A DNA stretch of 64,000 bases from Elusimicrobiota bacterium (GTDB lineage: Bacteria; Elusimicrobiota; Elusimicrobia; Elusimicrobiales; UBA9959), in contig JAUSCK010000277.1 of the NCBI GenBank assembly GCA_030651035.1, positions 7,711 through 71,710 on the forward strand, in the 5' to 3' direction. This document shows, in pieces, positions 1 through 9,600 of the stretch (its first letter is position 1; each line of letters begins with the position of its first letter). Position numbers and translations under genes: made by a program. The notes beneath the pieces were generated by a model that had not been told where the DNA came from, ran no database searches, and worked only from the letters and a program-made list of their open reading frames with translations.

Positions 1-105
1 AAAAGGCGGCCGGGCAGCCAATTTCATCCCCCTTTTACGGCTGAAACGGGCTATGAACCTGATTTCGCCTTCCCCATTCCCTTTACCCTGTGCTATCATA
101 GCAGT

Positions 106-771
106 ATGAAATTCGAGGCCAGGGGGCTTGTCAAGGTTTTTCCGGCGCCGGTCTTTTCCGGCGGCTCGCCCCTGCGCGCCCTGGGCGGGCTGGATATCGA
201 GGCCGGGCCCGGCGTGCTGGGTGTGGAGGGGCCCAACGGCTCAGGCAAGACCACGCTCTTCAAGACCCTGGCCGGCATAATAGAACCTGACGGCGGGACC
301 ATCCTGGCCGGCGGCGTAGCCTCGGGCGCGGAACGATTACGGGAACTGGCGGCCTACTGCCCCTCCAACCCGCGCGCTTTTTACTTCCGGCTGAGCGCGG
401 CCGAGAACCTGCGCTTTTTCGGCGCTCTGGCCGGCCTTTCAGCGGTTCAGGCGCTGGAGCGGGCAAGACAGCTGGCGGACAAACTGGAACTTTCCGCGGC
501 GGACCTGGAGCGGCGCTTCGACCGGCTTTCCGAAGGGAATATGCAGAAGGTTTCGCTGATACGATCCTTTTCACGCCGCCCCCCCCTGCTGCTGCTGGAC
601 GAACCCTTCCGCGGCCTGGACGCGGATTCGCAGCAGGGCCTGATGGAACTGATAAAGGAAGCCGGCAGGGACTCCGCCGTAATTATTTCCAGCCACAGCC
701 CGGAACTGCTGCGAGAAGCAGCCGGCAGGATAATAACGATGGAAGGCGGGAAGATAAAAAATGGAGAATAA
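106..771 (+). CDS. ABC transporter ATP-binding protein
   Basis: 221-aa ORF with Walker A GPNGSGKTT, signature-like LSEGNMQKV and Walker B LLLLDEPF. A permease gene follows 174 nt downstream. Confidence 0.9.
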   Translation: MKFEARGLVKVFPAPVFSGGSPLRALGGLDIEAGPGVLGVEGPNGSGKTTLFKTLAGIIEPDGGTILAGGVASGAERLRELAAYCPSNPRAFYFRLSAAENLRFFGALAGLSAVQALERARQLADKLELSAADLERRFDRLSEGNMQKVSLIRSFSRRPPLLLLDEPFRGLDADSQQGLMELIKEAGRDSAVIISSHSPELLREAAGRIITMEGGKIKNGE

Positions 772-774
772 TAA

Positions 775-933
775 CCGCAAAGAAGCGCAAGAGGCGCAAC
801 TATTTAGAGCACTGCACATCACCGCAGAGACGCAGAGGTCGCAGAGCACGGAAAGAGATGTTCTTATTCTTCTCTGCGACCTCTGCGCCTCTGCGGTGAA
901 ATCTGATTCTGCGCTTTTTGCACATTTTTGCGG
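775..933. repeat. Nested inverted word arrays filling the ABC intergenic spacer
   Basis: CCGCAAAGAAGCGCAAGAGGCGCAA (775-799) is roughly complementary to TGCGCTTTTTGCACATTTTTGCGG (910-933). Together they enclose the CGCAGAG-type hairpin element at 819-900. Confidence 0.7.
819..900 (+). repeat. TIR hairpin element, short copy (MITE/REP-like), copy 1
   Basis: Left arm TCACCGCAGAGACGCAGAGGTCGCAGAG and right arm CTCTGCGACCTCTGCGCCTCTGCGGTGAA are near-perfect reverse complements. The same arms recur at 52141, 55004 and 55732. Confidence 0.85.
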
Positions 934-945
934 CTATAATAAATA

Positions 946-1761
946 ATGAAATCAACCGCACATATCATAGCCGCTTTCATCCGCCGGGACTTCCTGGCTG
1001 AGAGGAGCTACCGGCTTTCTTTCGCGCTGGGGGCGCTGGCCACACTGGCCAACCTGGCGGTTTTTTATTTCATCGGCAGACTTTTCGGCGGGGCGCTGGC
1101 CCCGCAGCTGGAACCCTACGGCGCCGGCTATTTCACATACGTATTTACCGCCATGGCCTTCTTCGGCTATATAGGCACCGGTGCGGGCTCCTACGCCGGG
1201 CGGCTGCGGCTGGAGCAGACGCAGGGGACGCTCGAGGCAACGCTCTCCACCCCGCTGGGGGTGCTCCCCTTCCTGGCGGCCATGTCCGCCTGGAATTTCC
1301 TGTTCGCCACTTTTGAGCTGGTCGTTTACGCGCTGGCGGGGATCTTTGTTTTTAACCTGGATTTCTCGGCCGCCAACTGGCCCGCGGCCGCCCTTGTTTT
1401 TATGCTCTCCGCGGCCTGTTTCGCCGCGCTGGGCATACTCTCTTCCTGCTTTGTGGTGCTTTTCAAGCGCGGCAACCCGCTGGCTTGGGTGCTGAATAAT
1501 TTTGAGGGGCTGCTGGGCGGGGTTTACTTCCCGGTCGCGGTGCTGCCCGCCTGGCTGCTGGCGGTCTCCAATTTACTGCCCGTCACCTACGCCGTGCGGG
1601 CCTTCCAGCTGGCGGTGCACCGGGGCGCGGGCCTGGCCGCCATCGGCCCTGACCTGCTTATACTGGCGGCTTTCGATATCGTCCTGATCCCGGCCAGCGT
1701 CTGGCTTTTTTCGCTGTCGGTAAACCGCGCCAGGAAAGCCGGCACGCTCGGGGAATACTAG
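946..1761 (+). CDS. ABC-2 type transporter permease
   Basis: 271-aa ORF with about six hydrophobic segments and no ATPase motifs, immediately downstream of the ATPase gene. Confidence 0.8.
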   Translation: MKSTAHIIAAFIRRDFLAERSYRLSFALGALATLANLAVFYFIGRLFGGALAPQLEPYGAGYFTYVFTAMAFFGYIGTGAGSYAGRLRLEQTQGTLEATLSTPLGVLPFLAAMSAWNFLFATFELVVYALAGIFVFNLDFSAANWPAAALVFMLSAACFAALGILSSCFVVLFKRGNPLAWVLNNFEGLLGGVYFPVAVLPAWLLAVSNLLPVTYAVRAFQLAVHRGAGLAAIGPDLLILAAFDIVLIPASVWLFSLSVNRARKAGTLGEY

Positions 1762-1790
1762 TCGCGGTATCAGGCGCCAGACGGCCTGGT

Positions 1791-3356
1791 CTATTCTTTT
1801 ACCGCTATAACATAATGTGTGCTCTGCGGGACCGTGGCCCGAAACAGCGGGGTCTCGCCTTCGGCCGAGATCTTTTCCGGGACTGCCTTAGCCCAGCCTC
1901 CGTCGGTAAGGTAAAGCAGCGTCGCCTCACCAGCGGCTGCGCCGCAGGCCCCGGTCAGGCGGAATTCCATAACCAGGTCCCCCTGTATATTGCCGGGGAC
2001 GCCCACCAGCTGCAGCGAAGAGCAGGCCTTAAGTCCGCCCGGAAGTGCCGCGGCCAGCTTCTCCGGAAGTTCCCCCTCCGCCGCGTTGAAAACCTCGGGC
2101 GCAGGGCCCCTGGACAGCACCCTCATGACTATGGCGCGGGCAGGGGATTCCTCACATACCCCCTCGAGCATGAACTGCACCCCGGCGGGAGAGATCTTCA
2201 GCGGCTTGGCTTGAACGGCGTAGGCGTGCAGTTTGACGGCCTGGAGTTTTTCCGAGGCCAGCACGTTCTCCCTGGGCGAGCGCAGGGCGGGCGCCTTTTT
2301 CTCTCCGAACCTGAAAGAGATAGAAAAGCGGTGCGAATTACCTATATCGCCGAAAGGGGAGAACGCGTAATCAAAAGAGAGTCTTTCCAGCTCCAGCCCC
2401 ATGCCGGCCGAGAAGCCGGACCAGGCTCCGAGCTCGTTGCCGTGCAGGCGGTAGCGGTAGCCGGTGCGCAGCGCCAGGCGCCCGGTCAGCTGCTGCTCCA
2501 GGCCGAGAGCGAGGAAGGGATAATTATCAATCGGTTTGGAAACGTCCAGGCTCAGCAGGGCGCCGGCTTCCGGTATGTGGTGGCTGAGGCCGGCACGCAG
2601 CGTCAGGGGCAGGGCGTAGCTTTTCGACGACAACTTGAGCCCCGGCCCGATGTTCAGCGCCGAAGCCCCGGCGGTAAAAAGGCGGCCGCCCAGCCAGTTG
2701 AACGAGCGGGTCACACCGAGATCAAGCGCGGCTGTGGAGCCGGACTCGTCGTCGATGGTCTGGCTTATGAACTTTACGGCGCCGCCGATATTGGTATCGG
2801 CATCGTAGGCGAAGCCATAGCCGAGTGAGAAAGCCAGGTCGTAGGCCTTGAAGGTCCCTTCCACCGGGGAGATCGGATAGAGCGGGTCGCTTTCGTAAAG
2901 CCCGCTGCGCCGCTCCAGGTCTTTCGGCGTGTGGAAATAATTCAGAGCCAGCCCCCACGTTCCCTTCTTAAGATAGGACGGCCTGAGAAACCGAAGCTTC
3001 TCTCCCTCCGTGGTATAGACGAACAGCTCCTGGCCGAGGTCCTGAAAATACTCGTTATGAGTGAAACTCGCGCGGCGCTCTTTCAGCCCGGCCAGCCCGG
3101 CCGGGTTCCAAAAAATGGCATACGGGTCGTCGGCGACCGCGGTAAAGGCCCCGCCCATGGAGACGGCCCGTGCTCCCGCGCCTATCTTGAGGAAAGCCGC
3201 GGAAGTGGAACCGGCGTCGGGGTGGATCTTCGCGGCATAAGCAGGGAGGGAGTTCAGCGCCAGAAACTGCGCGACAAGGGCAGACAGAACGACCGCGCCT
3301 TGTTTTCGCCAAACAAAGCCGTTCCGTAAAAAGTTAAATCTGCCGTTCAATTTCAT
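1791..3356 (-). CDS. Outer-membrane beta-barrel, PorV/PorQ- or FadL-like, with an extra C-terminal domain
   Basis: Signal-like N-terminus (LNSLPAYAA) followed by LKIGAGARAVSMGGAFTAVADDPYAIFWNPAGLA, a motif typical of PorV/FadL-type barrels. Alternating strand pattern runs to about aa 370, then about 150 further aa. Start set to ATG 3356 (GAGGGA 4 nt upstream); the track start at 3377 is GTG. Confidence 0.7.
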   Translation of the reverse strand: MKLNGRFNFLRNGFVWRKQGAVVLSALVAQFLALNSLPAYAAKIHPDAGSTSAAFLKIGAGARAVSMGGAFTAVADDPYAIFWNPAGLAGLKERRASFTHNEYFQDLGQELFVYTTEGEKLRFLRPSYLKKGTWGLALNYFHTPKDLERRSGLYESDPLYPISPVEGTFKAYDLAFSLGYGFAYDADTNIGGAVKFISQTIDDESGSTAALDLGVTRSFNWLGGRLFTAGASALNIGPGLKLSSKSYALPLTLRAGLSHHIPEAGALLSLDVSKPIDNYPFLALGLEQQLTGRLALRTGYRYRLHGNELGAWSGFSAGMGLELERLSFDYAFSPFGDIGNSHRFSISFRFGEKKAPALRSPRENVLASEKLQAVKLHAYAVQAKPLKISPAGVQFMLEGVCEESPARAIVMRVLSRGPAPEVFNAAEGELPEKLAAALPGGLKACSSLQLVGVPGNIQGDLVMEFRLTGACGAAAGEATLLYLTDGGWAKAVPEKISAEGETPLFRATVPQSTHYVIAVKE

Positions 3357-3367
3357 ACGTCCCTCTT

Positions 3368-3430
3368 GACTCCCCACTCCCGATTCTCGATTCCCGACTC
3401 CCGACTATCGACTTTTGATTTTCGATTTCC
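3368..3430. repeat. Nine tandem heptamers GAYTYYC (GRRRRTC on the minus strand)
   Basis: The run reads gactccc cactccc gattctc gattccc gactccc gactatc gactttt gattttc gatttcc. It fills the spacer between the 1070-aa gene stop (3430) and the PorV-like gene start (3356). Confidence 0.9.
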
Positions 3431-6400
3431 TAATGTATTACCGCCAGCTTCTTGGTGACGACCTTGCCGCCGGAAGCGCTTTCAGCGCTCACCCTGTAGA
3501 CGTAGACGCCGCTGGCGATATTCCTTATATCCCAGGTTATTTCCGAGGTGAGTCCCGCCGGGCAGTTAATCTTCGAGAGTTTCGCCACTTTTTCGCCGGC
3601 CACGTTATAGACATCTATCTCGATGGAAGCCTTGTCGGCCACATAGAACTTGAAGGTAAGGGAGTCTCCCCTCGCCGGGTTGGGATAGGTATAGACAGCG
3701 TTGGCCGTCAGCAGCGCGCCGGACGGCACATACTGCATTATCCTGAAAACCGAGAACGAATCCGTCTCGGCCTTCACCTTATTCGCCGCAGCCAGGACCT
3801 CTGAAGTGTCGAGCAGCATCCAGTTGGAGCCTGAAAGCTTGTACAGCCTCAGGTTCTCCTCTTCGAGGCCGGCAATTTCCGCGTCGGTGTAAGGCAGCAC
3901 TACCTCCGCCGGGGAGGTCAGGCGCGTGCCGGGGTTCTCGAATTTGATCTCGTAAACCACGCCGGTGGGCCTGTACTGTGTGTTGGCCTTGGCGGAAAAA
4001 AGCGGCTGGTACGTGGCGGGATTAAGGCGGGTGACAAGTATATTGTCGTTCTGGTTCACGGCGTTGCGGGGGATATCTACTTCCGCGCCGTCGGCCAGGC
4101 GGACGGTCCCGCCCTGCTCCGCGTCGAAAAAGCGCCAGTTGTCGGCGGAGATGCCGTGAACCTCGGCGGTCATGGTGGAATTATTGGTGCTGTCGAAGGC
4201 GGCTACCGCGTAATAATATTTCAGGTTTACCGCCGCGTCGGCGTCCATATAGCCGGTTTCACCGGCGGCGGAGGAGGCGTAAGGCGCGCTGGAAACGTAC
4301 TGTCCCGCCGCCCGCGAGCGGAATATCCTGTAGCCGTAAACGTCGGCCGCTCCGGCGCCGTCGTCGGGTGAAAGCGTCCAGGTCAGCGTCAGCCTGCCGC
4401 CGTGGTCTCCGCCGGCGTCGCTGACGGCCAGCCCCGAGGGAGCGCCCGGCGCCACAAGGTCCAACGTGGCCATCGCTGTCGCCGGATTGGACAGCGCGGA
4501 GTCGTTGCCGTTAAAATCCCAGGCTTTCAGGGAGAAATAATAGGTCACCCCGCCGAACAGCCCGGAGACCTCCTCGGACTCGGCGGAACCGTAAGCCCCC
4601 GAAACGGTTCTGGAGCTCTTCCAGAGCTGCGCGCCGGGGAAACCCGACCAATCGAAAGCGGCGTAAGTGGAATAGCGTATCTCGTAATGCGAGGCCGCGC
4701 CTACCGCGCCGTCATTACCCGGCGCGGTCCAGGCCAGTTGTACGCGCCCGCCCTGCGAACCCTGCCCGGCCGAAAGGTCGGTCACCGCCGAGGGGTCGGT
4801 TCCGTCGCTGGAGGGGTTCTCGTTGGACGAAGCGGCCGAAGCCTGCGGGGAATCTGCCGACTCTACCCACCCGTCGAAAGCCCTTATCCTGTAATAAAAG
4901 ACGGTCCCGGTGGGGGCGGTCGAGTCCACGTATGAGACTGCCGGAGCTAACGACTCAGCGAGCAGGGCGTAGTCCGCGCCGGTGCTCCTGTATATCCTGT
5001 AGGCGGTCACCCCTGCGCCGGGCGAGGCCGTCCAGTCGAGTTTTATCTTGTTGCCGCTGTCCGCCGGGACGTCCGCAGCCGACAGCGAGGCCGGCGGCTG
5101 CGGGCGGTGGTTTACCCGCAATTCGAGCAAAGCCGTGTTGACAGTGGAAGCCGGGGGTGTCTCCTGCGCCGTCAGTTTAAGGTAATAAAGACCGTTGGAG
5201 AGGGCAGAGGTATCCCAGTCGGCCAGCAGCGCGCCCTGCAGTTCCGCCGAAGCCGCGCTGGAAACCACGGTGGTCCAGGCCGGGGGGTCGGAAACCGCGG
5301 CGTATTCCAGCAGGTAGCCGCTCAGCGCGGGGTTCCTTATATACCCCCTTACCGGCACAGTGCCGCTGATAATCTCCTGCGGAGCCGGGGAGGAGAGGGA
5401 GGCCGCGCGCGCCGCACGCCAGGCCATCAGGTTGCCGCCATGTGTGCCGATATAGAGCATGCCGTTGGCTACGGCCGGCGAGGAGAAGGTGTAGGTGGAC
5501 AGCAGCACCTGCTGCAGCTGCGCGCCGGCGGTGGAGAAAAAGACCAGCCTTCCGTCCGCGGTCCCGGCGCAGATAACGCCGTTGGCCAAAGCCGGAGAGG
5601 ACATGAGGCCCAGGTTGGAAACATTGCCCAGCGTAGGGGAACTGGCCCAGACCCCCTCCAGTCCTGAGCGGGACAGCGCCATCAAATAATGCGGCGACGA
5701 GCCCGCGCCCATATAGATATTGTTCCCGTCGAGCAGGGGCGAGGTGACGCCCATCCAGCCTTCCCCGCCGGACTGCGGCTCAAGCGGTCCGGAAACGCCG
5801 AGCTGGCTGCCGTCCGCAGCGGAAAGAGAGAAAAGCCGCCGTTCGTCGCGGCCGGGAACGGCGTAGACTGAACCGCTGGAAACTGCCAGCGCAGCCATGC
5901 CGTAGCTGCCGCCTATGCTCTGGTAGTAGCCGGCCCCCGGCCAGGCCGCTGCGCCGGTTTCCGCATCCACGGCGTAAGCCCGGCCGTCGTTGGCCCCGAA
6001 GAACACCCTCTCACCGTCGGAAGAGGGAGAGGAATCTACAGGCTGACCGCCCGGCAGGGCAGTCCTTTTCTCAAAAAGCAGCGCCCCGGTGGCGGCACTG
6101 AAAGCTTTGAGCGAGTTCCTAGGCAGCCCCACCCCGGCATAAACCCGGCCGTCGAGATAAAGCGGTGAAGAGACCGAGGTTCCCCCGAGTTCGGCGGTCC
6201 ACAGCACGGCCCCGCTCAGCCTGTCCAGGGCGTAAAGCCGGCCGTCCATGGAAGGGATAAAGACCCCTGCGCTGGAGACGGCCGGAGAGGCATCCACCCA
6301 GCCATCGGTAGAATAATCCCAGACAAGTTCTCCCGTGCGGGCGTCCAGCGCGTACACGCTGCCGGAACGCGCGCCGAAAAAGACCTTGCCGTCGTAAACG

Positions 6401-6630
6401 GCCGGGCTGGAGAGGACGTCGCCCTGCACCTGGAAAGTCCAGGCCGGCGTGAAGGGCGGGTAGGCCTGCTCGGAGGTATAACCGGTGCGCGCGGCGTCCC
6501 CCCTGAACATGGGCCAGTCCGCGGAAAGAACCGGCGAGTTCGGAACGCAAAGGGCAAAGAGCAAAAGCGTTGCCTGCCCGAAAATCTTCCGGGGCAGTTT
6601 CAGTATAAATGAAACGGCGTTTCTCTTCAT
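3430..6630 (-). CDS. Secreted PQQ/BamB-like beta-propeller, three FN3 domains and a T9SS-type C-terminal sorting domain
   Basis: Signal peptide (ATLLLFALCVPNSPVLSA), then DWPMFRGDAARTGYT and repeated propeller blades. Three FN3-like units follow (e.g. KIKLDWTASPGAGVTAYRIYRS). The C-terminus VYTYPNPARGDSLTFKFYV...IDVYNVAGEKV...SGVYVYRV...KKLAVIH matches the Por/T9SS CTD pattern. Start ATG 6630 (GGAGAGG upstream); the track start at 6642 is GTG. Confidence 0.8.
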   Translation of the reverse strand: MKRNAVSFILKLPRKIFGQATLLLFALCVPNSPVLSADWPMFRGDAARTGYTSEQAYPPFTPAWTFQVQGDVLSSPAVYDGKVFFGARSGSVYALDARTGELVWDYSTDGWVDASPAVSSAGVFIPSMDGRLYALDRLSGAVLWTAELGGTSVSSPLYLDGRVYAGVGLPRNSLKAFSAATGALLFEKRTALPGGQPVDSSPSSDGERVFFGANDGRAYAVDAETGAAAWPGAGYYQSIGGSYGMAALAVSSGSVYAVPGRDERRLFSLSAADGSQLGVSGPLEPQSGGEGWMGVTSPLLDGNNIYMGAGSSPHYLMALSRSGLEGVWASSPTLGNVSNLGLMSSPALANGVICAGTADGRLVFFSTAGAQLQQVLLSTYTFSSPAVANGMLYIGTHGGNLMAWRAARAASLSSPAPQEIISGTVPVRGYIRNPALSGYLLEYAAVSDPPAWTTVVSSAASAELQGALLADWDTSALSNGLYYLKLTAQETPPASTVNTALLELRVNHRPQPPASLSAADVPADSGNKIKLDWTASPGAGVTAYRIYRSTGADYALLAESLAPAVSYVDSTAPTGTVFYYRIRAFDGWVESADSPQASAASSNENPSSDGTDPSAVTDLSAGQGSQGGRVQLAWTAPGNDGAVGAASHYEIRYSTYAAFDWSGFPGAQLWKSSRTVSGAYGSAESEEVSGLFGGVTYYFSLKAWDFNGNDSALSNPATAMATLDLVAPGAPSGLAVSDAGGDHGGRLTLTWTLSPDDGAGAADVYGYRIFRSRAAGQYVSSAPYASSAAGETGYMDADAAVNLKYYYAVAAFDSTNNSTMTAEVHGISADNWRFFDAEQGGTVRLADGAEVDIPRNAVNQNDNILVTRLNPATYQPLFSAKANTQYRPTGVVYEIKFENPGTRLTSPAEVVLPYTDAEIAGLEEENLRLYKLSGSNWMLLDTSEVLAAANKVKAETDSFSVFRIMQYVPSGALLTANAVYTYPNPARGDSLTFKFYVADKASIEIDVYNVAGEKVAKLSKINCPAGLTSEITWDIRNIASGVYVYRVSAESASGGKVVTKKLAVIH

Positions 6631-6690
6631 ATGCCTCTCCACCGCCTTAAAAGCCTTCGCTCTTTACGCTTCCGGCCTATACGGTCTTCT

Positions 6691-9600
6691 TCACGGGCCG
6701 ATGCTCAGCACGTAAGTCTTGCCGTCGCCGGAACCTGTTATCAGCACTCTGTTCTCTATGTCCGCTACGGGGTCGGCCCTGACGGGGCCGCCGGTGGCCA
6801 CAGGCCAGCCGTCGCGCAGCTGGCCGGTATTCGCGTTGACCGCGTAGATATAGCTGTCGTCGCAGCCGAAATAGACGTAATCCTCAGCCAGCCCGACGTA
6901 GCCGCCGGGAACCAGCACCGGCGAGGACCGGATCTGGCCGTTGGCCTGGAAAGTCCAGGCCTCGGCGCCCGTGACGGCGTTTATCTTGTGCAGCCTGCCG
7001 GCGTCGTCTCCCACAAAAATATACTTCGTCCCGCCAAGCGGCCAGATGAAAGGAGAGGAATAAAGCGGGGAGAACAAGTCCACGTAGCCAAGGGCCGGCC
7101 AGCCCGTCGGGATGCTCTCCAGGTTGGCCGCCACCCTGGCGTAGAGCCGGCCGTCGGTGGAAGCCAGGTAAAGATTGTTATTAGCGCCGCCGTAGCCGGC
7201 GTCCACGTACGGGGAAGATTTAATGGCGGCGCCGGTCTGGAAGGAGGTATCCACGTAGCCGTCTCCGGTCCTGAAGGTCACCATCTTGCCGTTGTCCAGG
7301 CCTATCCAGCCGCGGTTGACGTCGGTACGGTCGTCTATGGACAAGGTCCCCACGATAGGAGAATTTACGCTGGAGCTGAAGGTCCAGTCGGCGCAGTTCA
7401 GGCCGTCGGAGACATTAAGACAATAGATCTTGCTGTCCATGGTGCCCAGGTAGAGGCGCTCACCTATGACCATTACGCTGGAGCGCACGGCGGAACCGAG
7501 GCCGCGCTTCCAGACCTGGGAGACGCCGGGACCGTTGTCCTGCACCCGGTATATATCGCCGTTGTCGTTGGCAAAATAGACCTGGGGAGCGCCGCTGGGC
7601 CAGGGCACCGTCGGCCCGTTCCTTATGGGCGAGGCGGGGGACGGAGTGAACGCCCACTTGAACGTGCCGTCGCCGTTGAGCGCGCGCAGCACGCCGTCGG
7701 TGGCCGGGGAATAGACCGTGCTGCTGCCCTCATTGGTATAGTAATCGACCGGCGCTTCCACCGAGGTGGGCTCCGGAGGCGTGTAAGGCCAGGAGGTCCC
7801 GGCCGGCGCGGAGGACGGGGCTATGGCGGTCACCGAGGAGCTCTCGATCTCGGCCGCCGCCGGCAGCAGCTGCGCGAAGTCGGAAGGCCCGTCCCTCACG
7901 GTCAGTTCCGTATCGGCCCTGAACCTCAGCCTGAACACGTTGACGGCCTGCGAGGCGGCGTCCGCCTTCATCATGACCACCGCGAAGAAAGTGGCGGTAG
8001 AGGCGGCCGCCACCGAATTCGCGGCGGCGCCGGGGTTGGCCGCCGTGATAACCTGCGTTCCAAAAGCGTCCAGGGAGATCTCGCCGTTGCCGACGTAGGC
8101 CGCGGTATCGGTGTCTATGGCCGGCTCATAGATCCCGGGCAGGCCGGAAGCGGAATCCCTGGCTATATAGACGGCGTCGAACAGGGCGGAGGCCTTCGCG
8201 GTGTCTAACGGGTTGAGATCCGCGTCGTAGAAACGCAGCGAAGCCGAGGCCAGCTCGACGCTGTTATAGCCGGAGGGGCTGTTATTGGAGACATAGAAGA
8301 GGGCCAGGTCGTCGGAAGCGCCCTGGTTTACGCGCGCCGGGGCGGTGGTGGAAGCGGAAACGGTATGGACACTGGCGTCGTAAGTAACCGCGGCCAGCGC
8401 CAGCTGCGGGGCCGAGTCGGAGACGGAGTCGCTGTTGAGCAGCAGGCGGTAAACTGCGTTATGGACAAGGGCATGGCCGTCCTGGTCGGCGAACGAAACT
8501 CCGGCCTGGGCCGTGGACTGGGCCGCCAGCGAGGCCAGGTCGAAGCCTATGTCGCCCAGCCGGTAGAGATGCGGAGAGTAGTTGTCGGCGGCGCCTCCGG
8601 TCCGGATAAGCGCGATATTATCGGCGGTCCCTCCGGAGGAGTCGGCGCCGAGGGTCAGGCGCAGCGGGAACAGCCGCGGCAGCTTCTGGCCTTCGGCCGG
8701 GTAGGCGAGAGTATTGGCCGCGCCTGCGCCGGCCCCATTGTTCCTGGACATGGGCGTGGCGGCCACGGCAGCGGAGACAAAATCAGTGGAATCCGAGCCT
8801 ATGTCCTCTCCCTCCGAGGGCCGCCTGCCTATCGAATACGGCGCATTGGCCGGGGCGTAAGCCGCCGCGGACACCTGCGCGGCCTTGTAATTATACAGGC
8901 TGTAGCTGGTCCCGCTCTGCCAGGTAACGCGGTCCACGGTCTGCCCGACGGCGTTCTCAAGGGAAAGATAATCCCCGGCAGCGTTCAGCCCCCCGGTTCC
9001 GAAGGCCGACTGCCAGGACAACTGGTCGTCGCTGATCGAAGAGAAAACCAGCAGTGAATAATTCCCGGCATATATCTTGCGGGTGAACGTGAACTTCACC
9101 GCGTTGGAATTCCTGAGCGAATAGCCGCTGAGCGTGGGGGTATCCGCGCCGGTGTTAAAGAGTTCCACGAACTCGGAAGAAAGCGTCCCGTAGGCGGCCT
9201 CGTTTATTTTGACGAGGCCCGTGCTTATGGCGTTGGCGTAGCCCCTCGTCGGGGTCGGGTCAGCCTCGAAGAAGTCGGCGTTGCCGTCCTCTATCCTGGC
9301 GAAGGACTGGCCGGCTTCGAGATAAGGCCACTGCACCCTGTCTATGAGCACGCCGGAGGGATCTTTCAGCAGCAGGTGGTAGCTCTGAGCGCCGTTGAGG
9401 TTGAATGAAATGGTGCTTACAAAATGTGCGTTCACGCTGCTCCTGTCTACGTCCGCGCCGGTCCAGACCGTCACCTCGGGGCCCGGCAGGTCTATGGTGC
9501 CCTGGTTATAGACCAGCGTCCAGCCGGTCAGGTTGAACGTGCTGGCGGTGTTGTTGAAGAGCTCCACCCAGTCGTCGACGGCGGCCGCGCCGGAAGGATA

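Noticed and set aside
71-105. Promoter for the ABC operon (TATCAT at 94-99, 6 nt before the ATG).
   Set aside because: There is no acceptable -35 at 16-18 nt spacing (TCCCCA/TTCCCC), so it is too weak to call. It is noted only as a parallel to the 51232 leaderless geometry.
761-946. Short ORFs over the repeat elements (761-946, and 55617-55970 with LCDLCASAV).
   Set aside because: Their sequence is simply the translation of the CGCAGAG inverted-repeat arms, and the same 'peptide' recurs wherever the element occurs.
3357-3377. Track start codons at 3377, 6642, 37781, 45700, 49830 and 63880.
   Set aside because: Checking the DNA shows these are GTG/TTG codons rendered as M. Downstream ATGs with SD-like sequences (3356, 6630, 37763, 45664, 49770) are more plausible. 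63880 is internal to a gene that runs off the window.
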